Shown here piece after piece: positions 62,571 through 64,000 of a stretch of DNA of 64,000 bases. Position 1 is the stretch's first letter; every line of letters begins with the position of its first letter. Source of the DNA: Acidimicrobiales bacterium. Its GTDB lineage: Bacteria; Actinomycetota; Acidimicrobiia; Acidimicrobiales; AC-14. Both the position numbers and the translations under genes were made by a program. The stretch is taken from positions 5,047 to 69,046 of the forward strand of contig DATJHJ010000030.1 in NCBI GenBank assembly GCA_035494015.1, written 5' to 3'. Below the pieces are notes generated by a model. The model searched no databases, was not told the origin of the DNA, and saw only the letters and a program-made list of their open reading frames with translations.

Positions 62571-63673
62571 GGGTCTCCCTCGACGCCAGTGCCATCCCCG
62601 ACCCGGCCGGCGGGGCCGGCCGCTACGTCCTCGCCCTCGCCGCCGCCCTGGCCGGGCGGGACGACGTCGACCTGACCGTGGTCTCCCGCACCGACGATGC
62701 CGGCCGCTGGCCGAGCCCGGTCGCGGCCCGGGCGCCGTCCCGGCGGCCGGTTCGCTTGGCCTGGGAGCAGGCGGCGCTGCCGGCCATCGTCCGGAACCTG
62801 GGCGTCGACGTCCACCACGCCCCCCACTACACGATGCCCCTCGTCAGCCCGTGCCCGGTGGTGGTGACCGTGCACGACCTGTCGTTCTTCACCCATCCCG
62901 AGTGGCACGAGCGCACCAAGGTGGCCTTCTTCCGCTCCGCCATCCGCACCTCGGCCCGCCGGGCCGCGGCCCTGATCGCAGTGAGCCAGGCCACCGCCAC
63001 CCGCCTGGCCGAGCTGGTCGCCCCGAGGGTGCCGGTCCACGTCGTCCCCCACGGGGTCGACCACGCCCGCTTCCGACCGGCGGGGCCGGCCGACCACGAC
63101 GCCGACGCCGCCGTCCTGGCCCGCCTCGGCCTGCGCCCGCCCTATCTGGCCTTCCTCGGCACGCTGGAGCCCCGGAAGGACGTCCCCACGCTGGTCCGGG
63201 CCTTCGACCTGGTCGCCGCCCGCGTGCCCGAGCTGACGCTGGTCCTGGCCGGCGCCCCCGGCTGGGGCGCGGGCGCCATCGAGGCGGCGATCTCGGCTGC
63301 CGCCCACCGGGCGCGGATCCGGCGCCCGGGCTACGTCGCCGAGGCCGACATCCCCGCCCTGCTGCGGGGGGCGGCGGCGGTGACCTACCCGTCGCTGGAA
63401 GAGGGGTTCGGGCTGCCCGTGCTGGAGGCGCTGGCCTGCGGGGCCCCGGTGGTGACCACCTCGGGGACGGTCATGGAGGAGGTGGCCGCCGGCGCCGCCG
63501 TCCTGGCCCGCCCGGGCGACCCCGCATCGCTGGCCCGGGCCATCGAGGAGGCGGTGGCCGCCGACCCGGGCGAGCGGCGCGCCCGCGGCCTGGCCGTCGC
63601 CGCCGGGCACACCTGGGCCGCCTCGGCCGCGGCCCACGCCGGGGTCTACCGGGAGGTCGCGGCCCGGCGGTAG
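62549..63673 (+). CDS. GT4 (GT-B fold) glycosyltransferase
   Basis: GTG 62549 is the first start in frame and overlaps the previous gene by 22 nt. GGAGRYV, TLEPRKD and YPSLEEGFGLPVLEALACGAPVV. Confidence 0.8.
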   Translation: MGDDHPVRVSLDASAIPDPAGGAGRYVLALAAALAGRDDVDLTVVSRTDDAGRWPSPVAARAPSRRPVRLAWEQAALPAIVRNLGVDVHHAPHYTMPLVSPCPVVVTVHDLSFFTHPEWHERTKVAFFRSAIRTSARRAAALIAVSQATATRLAELVAPRVPVHVVPHGVDHARFRPAGPADHDADAAVLARLGLRPPYLAFLGTLEPRKDVPTLVRAFDLVAARVPELTLVLAGAPGWGAGAIEAAISAAAHRARIRRPGYVAEADIPALLRGAAAVTYPSLEEGFGLPVLEALACGAPVVTTSGTVMEEVAAGAAVLARPGDPASLARAIEEAVAADPGERRARGLAVAAGHTWAASAAAHAGVYREVAARR

Positions 63674-63676
63674 GCG

Positions 63677-64000
63677 TCAGGGCAGGTGCCAGCTCCGGAC
63701 GATGTCGTCGAAGTGGGCGGCGCCCTCGTCGGTCCCGTCCGCGCGGTACAGGGCCACCCACAGCCGGTTGCCCTTGGGGACCATGGTGAGCCGGCCGTCC
63801 CGGTCGTCGACCTGGGCGGCCATGGTCACGCCCCGACCGGCGGGCACGTTGACGGCCACGACCGTGGTCCGGTCGATGCCCACACCGTCGGGCGCCGGGA
63901 TCGACCCGTCGCCGAGACCCCGGACCAGGTTGTCGACCAGCACCGGACGCGGACCGTCGTAGTGGGCCAGCTCGACCCGGGCACCGAGCGGCCCGTAGGC
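63677..64000 (-). CDS. hypothetical protein, 3' part (gene continues beyond window end)
   Basis: The frame is open from the window edge (AYGPLGARVELAHYDGPRPVLVDNLVRGLG...RSWHLP*). High GC3. No family recognised. Confidence 0.45.
   Translation of the reverse strand, partial: AYGPLGARVELAHYDGPRPVLVDNLVRGLGDGSIPAPDGVGIDRTTVVAVNVPAGRGVTMAAQVDDRDGRLTMVPKGNRLWVALYRADGTDEGAAHFDDIVRSWHLP

Overview
Very high-GC (about 70% or more by eye), actinobacterial-type chromosomal segment. It is densely coding: about 70 protein genes, many joined by 1-8 nt start/stop overlaps. I saw no rRNA, tRNA or CRISPR array. 1-24 kb is a cell-envelope glycan block. It holds a Wzt-type ABC ATPase, a coiled-coil methyltransferase, YfhO/GT-C-like and DUF2142-like membrane proteins and a ppm1-like GT2. 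It also holds a 10-gene tightly packed operon (LCP-rmlB-rmlD-ugd-uxs-GT2-wbbL-membrane protein-manC-epimerase) that keeps the mycobacterial Rv3267-Rv3264c order. This block is interrupted by cofD-cofE (F420). 23.6-43 kb holds pabB-pabC, a lipoprotein, an ABC exporter, head-to-head birA/accA and an LpdA-like flavoprotein. It also holds an Opp/Dpp-type importer (one giant lipoprotein SBP, two permeases, four ATPases in D-F-D-F order) and a rhodanese-first MoeZ-like E1 enzyme. 44.5-59.2 kb is the most unusual part. Two collinear direct repeats, about 86% identical, carry a Lys-less aminotransferase-like gene, folP, a small coiled-coil/Pro-rich ORF and a GT4 5' end. They bracket an about 11-kb accessory island with secreted proteins, a phospholipase-C-like enzyme, beta-helix and PG-binding proteins, DinB/methyltransferase/DUF1330, GH43 and a low-GC orphan. 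The island ends in a truncated large serine recombinase and phased AGGTCA repeats, and the right-hand repeat copy carries a decayed folP. 59-64 kb holds three GT4 glycosyltransferases with an embedded secreted DPBB-like/ricin-lectin protein. All family calls come from motif recognition by eye; no searches were run.
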